Assembly (NCBI GenBank): GCA_977020255.1
Contig: CDROCS010001089.1
Location: forward strand, 434,001-498,000
DNA from: Obrimoposthia wandeli
Lineage: Eukaryota
Reading direction: 5' to 3'
DNA: 64,000 bases
Part shown: piece by piece, positions 53,759 to 64,000 of the stretch
Layout of the letters: each line of letters opens with the position of its first letter
Position numbering within the stretch: position 1 is the stretch's first letter
Notes under the pieces: generated by a model
The model's input: the letters and a program-made list of their open reading frames with translations, nothing else
Databases searched by the model: none
What the model was told of the DNA's origin: nothing
Program-made: the position numbers and the translations under genes

Positions 53759-54847
53759 TTACTTGGGAATTTCGCCTTGTACGCCTTCAACGTACCAGTT
53801 GATACCAAGTAAATCACCTAACGGCATTTTCTCGCCCGCTTTGACCTTAATTTCACCTGCTTGGTTCTTGATAGGACCAGTGAATGGGAATACTTTACCG
53901 CTGGTTATATCATCAACAAGCTGTTGTGCTTCTTTAGCAACTGCATCAGGCATATTGGTGAAAGCGGGGATTATGATATCCTTTTCAGCCATACCACCCC
54001 AGTAATTTTCAGGCTTCCAAGTGCCATCCATAACTTCTTGAACTTTACGCTCATACAGTGCTGCCCAATCATCCACGACTGACATTAGGTGCGCATTAGG
54101 ACCAAAGCTAGACATATCTGAAGCTTGACCAACGGCGAACTTTCCACGACGTTCTGCTGCCTGCATTGCTGCTGGGCTGTCAGTGTGTTGTAAGATAACA
54201 TCTACGCCTTGGTCCATCATGGCATTGGCTGCATCCGCTTCTTTACCTGGATCAAACCAGCTGTTAACCCAAATGATTTTTAATTCGGCTTCAGGATTAT
54301 ACTTTTGCAGTGCTAGCTGAACAGTGTTGATATCGCGAATAACTTCCGGAATAGGGAAAGAAGCGATATAACCAATTTTATTACTCTTGGTCATCTTGGC
54401 CGCTACAAAACCAGCAACGTAACGACCTTCAAATGTTTTTGATAGGTAATTACCCGCATTTTTAGCTGTTTTATAACCCGTAGCGTGTTCAAACGTTACC
54501 TTTTTAAAAGCTTTAGCTACTTTTAGCGTTGGGTTCATATAGCCGAAAGAGGTAGTAAAAATTAATTTATTACCGGCTTTTGCTAAGTTGCGAATAACAC
54601 GCTCTGCATCAGCGCCTTCTGGTACTGATTCAACATAAGTTGTTGCAATTTTATCGCCAAATTTCTTTTCTAGCGCTAAGCGTCCTTGATCATGCTGGTA
54701 ACTCCAGCCGTGATCGCCAACAGGGCCTACATAGACAAAACCAATTTTAAGTGGATCAGCTGCCTGCACACCCATTGCGGCCACAAGGCCTAAACCTAAT
54801 GCTGCACCAGTTAATAACTTTTTCATGCTTTGCTTCATGTTCTGCAT
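53759..54847 (-). CDS. BMP-family ABC substrate-binding protein (purine/nucleoside)
   Basis: Signal peptide; GFVYVGPVGDHGWSYQHDQGR, IFTTSFGYMNP, WFDPGKE; the start may be at 54838 or 54826. Confidence 0.93.
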   Translation of the reverse strand: MQNMKQSMKKLLTGAALGLGLVAAMGVQAADPLKIGFVYVGPVGDHGWSYQHDQGRLALEKKFGDKIATTYVESVPEGADAERVIRNLAKAGNKLIFTTSFGYMNPTLKVAKAFKKVTFEHATGYKTAKNAGNYLSKTFEGRYVAGFVAAKMTKSNKIGYIASFPIPEVIRDINTVQLALQKYNPEAELKIIWVNSWFDPGKEADAANAMMDQGVDVILQHTDSPAAMQAAERRGKFAVGQASDMSSFGPNAHLMSVVDDWAALYERKVQEVMDGTWKPENYWGGMAEKDIIIPAFTNMPDAVAKEAQQLVDDITSGKVFPFTGPIKNQAGEIKVKAGEKMPLGDLLGINWYVEGVQGEIPK

Positions 54848-54884
54848 CCTTTTTATTGTAAGTATTTGGTATAGTGTCGATCTT

Positions 54885-55385
54885 TTACGAGTCTTTTCTA
54901 TCGGCTAACGGGGTAGAGAAAGAATATTCCATATCCCATGGGAAGCGAATCCAAGTATCTTGGCTCACTTCAGTTACAAAAGTATCAACCAATGGCTTGC
55001 CTGATGGCTTTGCATAAACGGTAGCAAAATGTGCCTTAGGTAATAATTCACGAACATAGCGTGCCGTTTTACCGGTATCAACTAAATCGTCGATAAGCAA
55101 CATGCCTTCACCATCACCGGCTGCCGCTTTTAATAATTGCAGATCGCCTTGGGCTTTAGCGCCGTCAGCATCTTTAGAATCATAGCTTGAGATGCACACA
55201 GTATCGATTAATCGTATATCTAATTCACGCGCTAAAATGGCTGCAGGTACTAATCCACCGCGGGTAATTGCAATGATTCCTTTCCAAGGTCCCATTTCCA
55301 GTAAACGCCAAGATAGGGCTCTAGAGTTTCTATGTAATTCTTCCCAAGAAACGGGGAAATCTCTGTTATAAGGTGCAGCTGACAT
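54885..55385 (-). CDS. gpt: Xanthine-guanine phosphoribosyltransferase
   Basis: [35 protein letters not shown] motif, TWIRFPWD; start reset to MSAAP. Confidence 0.93.
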   Translation of the reverse strand: MSAAPYNRDFPVSWEELHRNSRALSWRLLEMGPWKGIIAITRGGLVPAAILARELDIRLIDTVCISSYDSKDADGAKAQGDLQLLKAAAGDGEGMLLIDDLVDTGKTARYVRELLPKAHFATVYAKPSGKPLVDTFVTEVSQDTWIRFPWDMEYSFSTPLADRKDS

Positions 55386-55554
55386 GTAAAACTCCGATCT
55401 GAATCTATTTGTTATAAGCGCGAGGTGTCTTGGACAGCTAAGCGTTTGACCATTTGGAAAAGGCCTATAATACCTGAATTCGTGACTGTTTTTAACAGTA
55501 GCACACAGTTTAATTGAGATAGCAGCCAAGGTTTAGCTGCAGGCTAAATCAACT

Positions 55555-56916
55555 TTACATTTTTGCCGCTAACTTTTTAGCCAGCGCACTATGCTCAGTC
55601 ATTAATTTTTCGGTGTCGATGGACGATAATTGAGAATCTTTAACTTTCCATTGCCCAGCTACCATGACTCTATCGGCGCGGTGAGCGCCGCATAATAGCA
55701 ATGCTGCAAGTGGGTCATGGGAACCACTAAAACGCATTTCATCGAGTTTAAATAACGCAAGATCTGCTTGTTTACCTACCGCTATTTCACCAACGTCAGT
55801 ACGCCCTAAAACAGCCGCTGAGCCTTTAGTTGCCCAGCGGTAAGCATCAAAATGGGTGACTTTAGATGCGCCGTAACGCAAACGCTGAATATACAATGCT
55901 TGTCGTACCTCTTGAATCATATTCGATCCATCATTAGAAGCTGAACCATCGACACCTAAACCTATTGAGACACCTGCAGCTTCCATTTCTAAATTACGAG
56001 CAATACCTGATGCCAGCATCATGTTTGACGTTGGGCAATGGCACACACCGACTCCGGCATTTCCTAATTGTGTTATTTCAGTATCATTAAAATGAATACC
56101 ATGCGCCAGCCAAGTACGATTACTTAACCAGCCCACGCTCTCTAGATAATCAACCGTGCGCAAACCAAAGTGGCGAAGACAAAACTCTTCTTCATCTTGT
56201 GTTTCAGCGAGGTGGGTATGTAAGCGCACGTCTAATTTTTCAGCGAGTTGTGCGCTGGCTTTCATTATTTCAGGGGTTACTGAAAAAGGAGAGCAGGGGG
56301 CTAATGCAATTTGTAACATCGCACCTTCACCGCGCTGGTGGTATTTATGAATTAAGCGTTCGCTATCTTCTAAAATTTGATGCTGTGTTTGTACCGTGTT
56401 TTGTGGCGGTAAGCCCCCGTCATCAACGCCTAAACTCATAGATCCGCGAGTAAACAGGGTACGCATACCTAATGCTTTGCTCGCTTCTATTTGCACATCA
56501 ATAGAATTTTCCATACCGGTGGGGAACAAATAGTGATGATCCGCAGAGAGAGTGCAGCCCGATAGTAGAAGCTCAGAAAGTGCTAGCTTAGTGGCGCTGG
56601 CGAGCATTTCAGGTTCTAGGCCCGCCCACAGAGGGTATAAGCTTTGTAACCAAGGGAATAATTCTTGGTTAAGCGCCTGTGGGTAAGCTCTCGTCAGTGT
56701 TTGATAGTAGTGGTGATGACTATTGATTAAGCCTGGAAGCACCACCGAATCTTTTGCATCATAATAAGTATCATAGTGATTAGGCACGGCGCCGCTTGCG
56801 ACTAATTCAACTATTTTTCCATTGCTGACAACTAGCCCGCCGCCGGCGTCTTGCTGATCGTAGACCAATATAGCCAATGGATTTTTTATCCATAAATGCT
56901 CAGAACGATGCGTCAT
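55555..56916 (-). CDS. 8-oxoguanine deaminase (amidohydrolase)
   Basis: PGLINSHHHYYQTLTRA, LAPCSPFSV, LHTHLAET, WLAHGIH, GVDGSASND. Confidence 0.88.
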   Translation of the reverse strand: MTHRSEHLWIKNPLAILVYDQQDAGGGLVVSNGKIVELVASGAVPNHYDTYYDAKDSVVLPGLINSHHHYYQTLTRAYPQALNQELFPWLQSLYPLWAGLEPEMLASATKLALSELLLSGCTLSADHHYLFPTGMENSIDVQIEASKALGMRTLFTRGSMSLGVDDGGLPPQNTVQTQHQILEDSERLIHKYHQRGEGAMLQIALAPCSPFSVTPEIMKASAQLAEKLDVRLHTHLAETQDEEEFCLRHFGLRTVDYLESVGWLSNRTWLAHGIHFNDTEITQLGNAGVGVCHCPTSNMMLASGIARNLEMEAAGVSIGLGVDGSASNDGSNMIQEVRQALYIQRLRYGASKVTHFDAYRWATKGSAAVLGRTDVGEIAVGKQADLALFKLDEMRFSGSHDPLAALLLCGAHRADRVMVAGQWKVKDSQLSSIDTEKLMTEHSALAKKLAAKM

Positions 56917-56931
56917 TTGTGCCTCTATTAT

Positions 56932-57858
56932 TTAGCCGTGCGGATGGAAGGGTTTACCTAGCCACATCGGCGTATACATTCTGGATTTGCGCACGTTGCT
57001 AGATATCATCACTAATACTAATACTGTTGCTGCGTAAGGCATCATCGCCAGTAGGTTGGGCGACACAGGATAGCCCAACCCTTGTGCTACTAGATTAAGA
57101 ATACTGGCTAAGCCGAATAAATAAGCGCCTAAAATAACGCGCTCAGCACGCCAAGTTGCAAAAACGACTAAAGCTAGAGCAATCCAACCGCGCCCTGCTG
57201 ACATATTTTCAGCCCATAACGGCGTATAAGCGAGAGACAAATAGCCCCCTGCTAATCCTGCCATACCACCGCCAAATGCAACCGCTAAATAGCGCGTTTT
57301 CATCACTGGTAAGCCGATTGCGTTCGCAGCATGTGGGTTTTCACCTACCGCTTTAACAATAAGCCCTAAACGGCTGTGTTTGAAGAACCAATAAACCAAT
57401 GCAAATAATACAAAGGATAGGTACACAATCAAATCTTGAGCGAACAGCATTTTACCAATGATTGGAATTTCGCTGAGCAATGGAATCGCAATAGGCTCTA
57501 ATCCGGTAATAGGCATGCCGACATATGCAGCACCAATAAACGCTGACAAACCCGTACCAAAGATAGTTAAGGCGAGGCCAGTGGCTACTTGGTTAGCATT
57601 TAAGCCCAAAGCGATGGCAGCAAACATCATCGACATAGCCATGCCGGCGATAATCGCCATTACAAAGCCCAGTATCAGGCTACCGGTAGTGAGTGTCACA
57701 ATAAAGCCCATTACCGCGCCCATCAGCATCATGCCTTCTTGGCCTAAATTGAGCACGCCACTTTTTTCACAGACCAGTTCACCCAGCGCTACAATTAGCA
57801 GCGGAGTACCAGTACGCACCATTGCATAGAAAACGTTAGTTATTAAATCGATATCCAC
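56932..57858 (-). CDS. Nucleoside/purine ABC transporter permease
   Basis: GELVCEKSGVLNLGQEG, GENPHAA, GRGWIALALV. Confidence 0.93.
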   Translation of the reverse strand: MDIDLITNVFYAMVRTGTPLLIVALGELVCEKSGVLNLGQEGMMLMGAVMGFIVTLTTGSLILGFVMAIIAGMAMSMMFAAIALGLNANQVATGLALTIFGTGLSAFIGAAYVGMPITGLEPIAIPLLSEIPIIGKMLFAQDLIVYLSFVLFALVYWFFKHSRLGLIVKAVGENPHAANAIGLPVMKTRYLAVAFGGGMAGLAGGYLSLAYTPLWAENMSAGRGWIALALVVFATWRAERVILGAYLFGLASILNLVAQGLGYPVSPNLLAMMPYAATVLVLVMISSNVRKSRMYTPMWLGKPFHPHG

Positions 57859-58946
57859 TATGCGTGCTCCGTCTTAAGATCTAGTTTAGTGTTTTTAAGT
57901 TTTACTTTAAAATTGATAAAAACATCACAAGCTAGCAAATAAAATAATAACATGCCTTGGAAAAGTGATGTCACAGCTAAGGGCAGCTTAAGTTCTATTT
58001 GAGCTAACTCTCCACCCATATAAATTAGAGCCATTAATAAACTGGCGAAGAATATTCCGATAGGATGTAAACGTCCCAAGAAGGCCACTATAATGGCTGC
58101 GTATCCATAACCTGGCGATATTGAAGGTATTAGCTGTCCTATTGGGCCCGTTACTTCACCAGCACCGGCAAGGCCCGCAAGAGCACCACTAATTAACATG
58201 ACAAATAACACTAATCTCTTATGCTTGAAGCCAGATAACTTAGCTGCGTTACTGTCTAGGCCTAATACTTTAATTTGAAAGCCGAGAAATGAGCGCGATA
58301 AAAACACCCAAGCTACTACAACGGCAAACATCGCTAAGAGAATGCCTATATGTAAGCGCGTATCTTCTATCAGAATAGGCAGTAGTGCACTATCGCCAAA
58401 CAATGCCGATTCAGGAAAGCCATAACCTTCAGGATCTTTTAAAGAGCCGTGTACGAAATAGAGTAAAATATACAAAGCGATGTAGTTGAACATGATAGTG
58501 GTGAGGATCTCATTGGCGTTAAAGCTATTGCGAAGCCATGCTGCTAATAACCCCCAAAGTGCGCCGCCGATCATGCCGCTAATTAGCACCGCAGGCATTA
58601 CCCAAAAAGCTTCTACATTGATGAGCTGTAAAGCAACAGCACTGGCCGATAAGCCACCCATTAACAGCTGTCCTTCAGCGCCAATATTCCAAACTTGAGC
58701 TTTAAAGGTTAAAGATAAACCAATTGCACAGAGCATAATGGGAGCCGCTTTCACACAGAGCTCAGCAAAGCCGTATAAATCTGATAAGGGAGCGATCAAG
58801 AAAATAGCAAGTGCGTCAATTGGGTTGTGTCCTAAGGATGCAAAAAATACTCCACCGGTTACCAAGGTTAATATTCCTGCTAACAGCGGTGAGAAATAAG
58901 ACATGGCAAGAGATGCTTCGCCACGAGGTTGTAATTTTAAAAACAT
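57858..58946 (-). CDS. Nucleoside/purine ABC transporter permease
   Basis: WNIGAEGQ, NEILTTIM, GYGYAAIIVAFLGRLHP; start reset to MFLKLQ. Confidence 0.93.
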   Translation of the reverse strand: MFLKLQPRGEASLAMSYFSPLLAGILTLVTGGVFFASLGHNPIDALAIFLIAPLSDLYGFAELCVKAAPIMLCAIGLSLTFKAQVWNIGAEGQLLMGGLSASAVALQLINVEAFWVMPAVLISGMIGGALWGLLAAWLRNSFNANEILTTIMFNYIALYILLYFVHGSLKDPEGYGFPESALFGDSALLPILIEDTRLHIGILLAMFAVVVAWVFLSRSFLGFQIKVLGLDSNAAKLSGFKHKRLVLFVMLISGALAGLAGAGEVTGPIGQLIPSISPGYGYAAIIVAFLGRLHPIGIFFASLLMALIYMGGELAQIELKLPLAVTSLFQGMLLFYLLACDVFINFKVKLKNTKLDLKTEHA

Positions 58947-58947
58947 A

Positions 58948-60543
58948 TTAACTCCACTCATTAGAGGCTGGCTGATGGGTAGATGAAACTGCATCAAGTT
59001 GACTATCTATCTCATCAAACACACCAGTCATCCAACGCCCAACTTCTTCTATACTGGTATCTGCAGTTGCTTTATTTGAAGACAATTCACCATCACAGAT
59101 AGCGCAGAGGCGATCACTGATTAAAAACAGTTCATCAATGTCTTCAGAGACCACTAAAATAGCAGCACCGCGATCACGCAATTCAATCAACGCTTTGTGA
59201 ATAGCCGTTGCAGCGCCAATATCAACACCCCAAGTAGGGTGCGCCGCGACCAGTAACTTGGGGTTTTGCATAATCTCGCGGCCAATAATAAATTTTTGCA
59301 AATTTCCGCCAGATAAACTTTGCGCAGCAGCGCGATTATCTGGGGTTTTAACTTTATAATCACTGATAATTTTATTTGAAAACGATTCAGTTTTGGTGTG
59401 ATTAATAAAGCCGTTGTTGACCAGTCCTTGTAAAAACCCTGTCAGCAAAGTGTTATCTTTTAAACTCATTTCTGGAACTGCGCCGCGCCCCAAACGTTCT
59501 TCAGGCACAAAGGCAAGACCAAGCTCGCGACGCTTTCTTGGGTCTAACAAGCCGACAGCAGTGCCTGCCATTTTAACTTGTTCTGCACGTTGAGTTAAAT
59601 GCTCGCCACTTAGTGCCGCTAATAACTCTTCCTGACCATTACCGGCAACTCCTGCTATGCCTAAAATTTCCCCGCTTCGAACATTGAAATTAAGATCTTT
59701 TAAATTGCTGCCAAAAGGGTCATCGCTTTCTTGGGATAAGCTTTCAACACTTAAGAATACTTCTCCCCCCTTAGATTTTGGGTAGTCGGTGCTTATAGGG
59801 GTGTCATCACCTACCATCAACTGTGCCATTTTAGTGGGACCAGCTTCTGCGGGTATACAATCACCAGTGACTTTCCCCGCTCGCAAAATAGTCGCGCTAT
59901 GACATAAATCTTGCACTTCTTTGAGTTTGTGGGAAATAAATAAAATGCTACAGCCATCTGCTGCAAGCTTGCGCAAAGTAATAAATAAAGTATCCACTTC
60001 TTGGGGGGTTAATACAGAAGTGGGTTCATCCAAGATGAGTAATTTAATGTCCTGCACTAAACAGCGCACGATCTCTACACGCTGTCGTTCACCCACACTG
60101 AGTGAGTGGATATGACGATCAGGATGCAGCTCCATGCCGTATTGTTTAGATACATCTACAATTCGCCGGGATAGCTCATTAAGGTCTTTAGCGTCATCAC
60201 CTAGCGCTAGCGCGATATTTTCAGTGACGGTTAGCGTTTCAAATAATGAAAAATGTTGAAAAACCATGCCAATACCCATTTGTCTGGCCATAGAAGGGTT
60301 TTTTATATTTACCTCTTCACCATGCCAGATAATTTGCCCAGCATCAGGTTTAGTTACACCATAAATCATTTTCATTAAGGTGCTCTTACCTGCGCCATTT
60401 TCACCTAAAAGCGCGTGGATTTCCCCCGATTCAATTTCAAGGTCTACGTTATCATTTGCTAAACACCCAGGATATTGTTTAGTGAGCCCCTTTAGTTGTA
60501 AACGAATTCTCGAATTTGATGACTCGACTGATTGTCTGCTCAT
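58948..60543 (-). CDS. Nucleoside/purine ABC transporter ATP-binding protein (tandem ATPase domains)
   Basis: GENGAGKST, LSVGERQRVE, DEPT, LSGGNLQK. Confidence 0.95.
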   Translation of the reverse strand: MSRQSVESSNSRIRLQLKGLTKQYPGCLANDNVDLEIESGEIHALLGENGAGKSTLMKMIYGVTKPDAGQIIWHGEEVNIKNPSMARQMGIGMVFQHFSLFETLTVTENIALALGDDAKDLNELSRRIVDVSKQYGMELHPDRHIHSLSVGERQRVEIVRCLVQDIKLLILDEPTSVLTPQEVDTLFITLRKLAADGCSILFISHKLKEVQDLCHSATILRAGKVTGDCIPAEAGPTKMAQLMVGDDTPISTDYPKSKGGEVFLSVESLSQESDDPFGSNLKDLNFNVRSGEILGIAGVAGNGQEELLAALSGEHLTQRAEQVKMAGTAVGLLDPRKRRELGLAFVPEERLGRGAVPEMSLKDNTLLTGFLQGLVNNGFINHTKTESFSNKIISDYKVKTPDNRAAAQSLSGGNLQKFIIGREIMQNPKLLVAAHPTWGVDIGAATAIHKALIELRDRGAAILVVSEDIDELFLISDRLCAICDGELSSNKATADTSIEEVGRWMTGVFDEIDSQLDAVSSTHQPASNEWS

Positions 60544-61608
60544 CTGTGTTGTGTCCTTTTGTTTGAAATGTTCTACATTTCTATCAAAACAACTCTCTTT
60601 TTAGAATAAATTTCGCACTTAAAAAAGCGGGTAAATCAATCATAAAAGATAGTTCGAAGTATTATTGTTTTTATACACAAATACAGAATTTATAAAAAAG
60701 CTGACCCAAAAGACAGGTTTTTTTTCGATAATTTTGTCAATGCAAGAAAATACTTATGCAGAAACCTTTTAAACTGATTGTTTAATAGACAGTTTTTGGT
60801 ATTTGTGGAAAAAAATTAAAGTGTGATAAATATTGCTAAATACTAGCACATCACAAATGAATTCTGCAGATTAGGCTGTAGGAAAGTTTTGAGTAAGGTA
60901 ATGGTTTAACTGCTGATAATGGGCTTTTAGTGCCGTTTATGCGCGCTCTTTATCACACCGACTAAGTATAGGTTTGGGCCAAACTAAAAATTATACTCGC
61001 TATATAACAACTCAATTTTGAGGAGGGCTAAAAGTAATCTAAATTTACATATTCTTTCATAAAAAAGTTGCTTTTTATCTGCTTAGGTTAAGTTTCATTC
61101 CTGTATAGTGCCGCGATTGGAAGCAGGTAGTTTTTCAACCGAATTTATCTAAAGAATGCTATCATATACAAATGACTTGAGTAAGTTTTGCCTTTGGGAA
61201 TATATTGATTAAATGATTATTTATAAATCTTCAAAAGGTTGTTTTAATATTATCATTGAGAAATTAAGACGCTAGCAATATCATGCAATTAGCAGTGTTG
61301 AAGCCTAGGATCTCGCTTATAAACTGATATAGGCTAACATGCTAGTATAGCAACTCATTAATCGAGAAATTGTTGTCTTATAGTGTGATGGTTTAAATTA
61401 AAGCAGCTTATAAGCGCAAATTTTATAGTGCTATCGTAAATAATAATATCTCTTTGTAAGCACAATAGCGGGAAATTACGCGAGAATTAACCCTCGCTTT
61501 TCACCACTATAGTTTCCATAATAAGCTATTTCGTATATTTTCTTAGTCTTGCCGAGTAGAACGGGTCGAAGAGAGTTAACATATTTTTTTTAGTTAGGGA
61601 GTAAACAG

Positions 61609-62289
61609 ATGAAGCTATTGGTCGTAGAAGACGACGCAGATTTACGTCGTCAACTGGTCAGTGGACTTGAATCAAGAGGCTATACTATCGAAGAAACACG
61701 TGACGGTAGAGAAGCATTATATATGGGTTGTGAGTTTAATTATGATCTTGCTATTGTCGATTTAGGTTTACCTTCTCTTTCTGGTGTCGATTTGATTAAA
61801 CAATGGAGAGCTGCTGAACGTAACTTTCCTATTCTTATTTTAACCGCGAGAGGTGAATGGCAAGATAAAGTAGAAGGATTAGAGGCTGGAGCCGATGATT
61901 TCTTAGTTAAACCATTCCATATAGAAGAGCTAGTGGCACGGCTCAATGCTTTGTTACGCAGAGCAGCTGGGCATGCAAAACCGATTCTAGAGTTTGGCAG
62001 TTATAGTTTGGATACAGTCGGCAGAGTCGTTGCGTTTGAAGGGCGGCCAATTAATTTGACTAGCTACGAGTACCGCACCTTAGAGTACTTGATGATGCAT
62101 GCAGGCAAAACAGTGTCAAAAGCTGAGTTAACAGAACATCTTTACCATCAAGATTTTGATCGCGATAGTAATGTTTTGGAAGTGTTTATCCGTCGTTTGC
62201 GTCAGAAACTAGATCCAGAGCAAACCATGCTACCTATCACAACAGTGCGTGGTTTAGGCTATCGTTTTGATTTGGTATGTACCTCTTAG
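61609..62289 (+). CDS. OmpR-family response regulator (PhoP-like)
   Basis: LLVVEDD, VDLGLP, ILTAR, GADDFLVKPF, winged helix TVRGLGY. Confidence 0.95.
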   Translation: MKLLVVEDDADLRRQLVSGLESRGYTIEETRDGREALYMGCEFNYDLAIVDLGLPSLSGVDLIKQWRAAERNFPILILTARGEWQDKVEGLEAGADDFLVKPFHIEELVARLNALLRRAAGHAKPILEFGSYSLDTVGRVVAFEGRPINLTSYEYRTLEYLMMHAGKTVSKAELTEHLYHQDFDRDSNVLEVFIRRLRQKLDPEQTMLPITTVRGLGYRFDLVCTS

Positions 62290-63644
62290 TGATAAAATGG
62301 CTTGGAGATAAGTATCAATCGGTTAGATTTCGGTTGATACTTGCTTTCTTTTTTTTAATTGTCGCTGTTTTTAGTGTATTAGGCCTGTATTTAGAGCGGG
62401 TACTTAGTGCTCAAAAATACTCTCATTTAACACAACAAATCACCGCTCAAAGTAACGTTTTTATTGCTTGTATAGAAAGCAAAAGCGATGTAGGTGTTGA
62501 ATCACTTGATCAATGTGCTCATTTTCAAAATTATTTAAACCCTCATACAAATCTCTTTTTATATGATTTGCAGCAAGAGATGCTCTGGCAGTTCAAACAA
62601 CGTTCCACTTCACTGCCCAGCAGCCAAAAAAGGTTAAGCTTAGCTCATAGTGCGTTGCTACAGCCTTCCTCAGCGCTATTAAGAATTGGCGATTATTATT
62701 ATTTTAGCCACGCCTTGGACAGTGGGCAACTGCTGGTTTTAAATATTCATAAACAGTGGCTTAATGTTCAGATGGACGCTAGTAGGTGGCAGCTTGGTGT
62801 TACTTTATTACTGATAATTTTGGTTTTGCTTGGTGGCTTTGCTGCGATTGTTCAGCGTGGATTGAAACCACTAAGTGAAATGGTCTTAGATTTAGATGAG
62901 ATAGCGACAGGTAATGGCAATCAATTAAAAAACGGCCATGCTTCTGAGTTTTATGCGATGAGAAAAAGCTTAAATAACTTACTCAGAGCAGAGCAGATAC
63001 AAAGAGAGAAATACCGAAATACTTTAGCTGACCTCGCACATAGTTTGAAAACTCCGTTGGCCGTTATGCAAGGAGCAGCAAGTGAGAATTTAGATTATCA
63101 AGCTTATTTGAGTGTTGCAAGTGAGCAAATTCGACGCATGGATCAAATCATTCAGTATCAGTTGACGAGAGCAGTGAAAAGCGTTGGTGATGGGGCTAAA
63201 ACTAATGCAGTTGCAGTGACGCCAATCATTGAAAGAATATTATCAGCATTGGGTAAAGTATATCGAGAAAAAGAGGTGCGAGTGGTCCTCAACCTTGAAC
63301 CTGATGTAGAGCTTAACGCTGATGAGCGTGATTTGATGGAATTATTGGGAAATATGCTTGAAAATGCATTCAAGTATTGCCGGTCTGAAGTTGCTATTTC
63401 TTTGTATAATGACCCTGACAATGTTTATATAGACTTGGAAGATGACGGTGCAGGTGTCTCTGAAAACATGCGTAACACTATATTAGAGCGTGGAGAGCGG
63501 GCAGATACTTCAGCAGCGCCAGGGCAAGGCATTGGCTTAAGCGTTTCAGTGGATATTCTTAGCTCGTATAACTGCCGCTTAGAGGTTGAGGATTCATTCT
63601 CTCTTGGCGGGGCAAAATTCAGTATTACCTTTCCTAAGAATTGA
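62277..63644 (+). CDS. Sensor histidine kinase (PhoQ-like)
   Basis: 2 TMs, HAMP, LAHSLKTPL, GNMLENAFKY, EDDGAG, GQGIGL. Confidence 0.92.
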   Translation: MYLLVIKWLGDKYQSVRFRLILAFFFLIVAVFSVLGLYLERVLSAQKYSHLTQQITAQSNVFIACIESKSDVGVESLDQCAHFQNYLNPHTNLFLYDLQQEMLWQFKQRSTSLPSSQKRLSLAHSALLQPSSALLRIGDYYYFSHALDSGQLLVLNIHKQWLNVQMDASRWQLGVTLLLIILVLLGGFAAIVQRGLKPLSEMVLDLDEIATGNGNQLKNGHASEFYAMRKSLNNLLRAEQIQREKYRNTLADLAHSLKTPLAVMQGAASENLDYQAYLSVASEQIRRMDQIIQYQLTRAVKSVGDGAKTNAVAVTPIIERILSALGKVYREKEVRVVLNLEPDVELNADERDLMELLGNMLENAFKYCRSEVAISLYNDPDNVYIDLEDDGAGVSENMRNTILERGERADTSAAPGQGIGLSVSVDILSSYNCRLEVEDSFSLGGAKFSITFPKN

Positions 63645-63683
63645 AGCTAGAGAGCCCTTCAAGAGCTCCCACTGCACAAAAAG

Positions 63684-63989
63684 TTACAGTTTATCTAATT
63701 TTTCATTAACACTATCGATTTTATCTTGAATGGTTTGTGCTTTATCAACACGAGTCCCTAGTTTCATATGACTGGTGATACGCACCGCACCCATCGCATG
63801 TAACTCATCGTGGCAGCGTTTAACAGCGGCCATAACATCATCCCATTCTCCTTCTACATTTGTGCCATAGCTATGCATTTGGTGATTAAGGCCTGCTTGC
63901 TGAAAGATTTTTTGGCAGTGTGCGATAAAAGGTGAAACAGAGAGGCCGACACCGCCGGGTGAAACCATTATATCCATAATGACATGCAT
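63684..63989 (-). CDS. MTH1187/YkoF family thiamine-binding protein
   Basis: VSPFIAHC...HSYGTNVEGEWDDVM...H..GAVRI...K.GTR.DK pattern. Confidence 0.88.
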   Translation of the reverse strand: MHVIMDIMVSPGGVGLSVSPFIAHCQKIFQQAGLNHQMHSYGTNVEGEWDDVMAAVKRCHDELHAMGAVRITSHMKLGTRVDKAQTIQDKIDSVNEKLDKL

Positions 63990-64000
63990 TGAAAATTCCT

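Noticed and set aside
60544-60900. Purine riboswitch upstream of the purine operon
   Set aside because: The conserved aptamer core (TATAAT...ATATGG...GTTTCTACC) was not seen on the minus strand.

Overview
Chromosomal window from an AT-rich marine-type gammaproteobacterium (Oceanospirillales-like by 16S and gene content; inference). It holds the 3' end of an Mrp antiporter subunit, an aminotransferase, a chemoreceptor, ftsYEX/rsmD, and two complete direct-repeat rRNA operons (16S-23S-5S, no spacer tRNAs) about 6 kb apart that flank a five-gene cassette. Further on are an acetate-uptake/CrbSR module with a DUF294 nucleotidyltransferase-exonuclease pair, prlC-yheV-tag, a c-di-GMP phosphodiesterase, tdk, an Lrp/YjeH exporter pair, an eight-gene purine uptake/salvage cluster and a PhoPQ-like two-component system. 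Main observations: (1) the first 16S gene is a mosaic, with about 710 nt of Fusobacteriaceae-like and Firmicutes-like sequence inside an otherwise host-type gene; this is most likely a metagenomic consensus artifact, and inter-phylum transfer is the alternative to exclude. (2) FtsY carries an N-terminal transmembrane helix and about 31 tandem 10-aa repeats, with a frame-breaking garbled core. (3) A 42-bp double BetI-like palindrome lies upstream of a short BCCT transporter. (4) The purine cluster contains an orphan 2OG-Fe(II) oxygenase. No CRISPR, IS element, prophage or tRNA was found. Family calls come from recognising motifs by eye, not from database searches.
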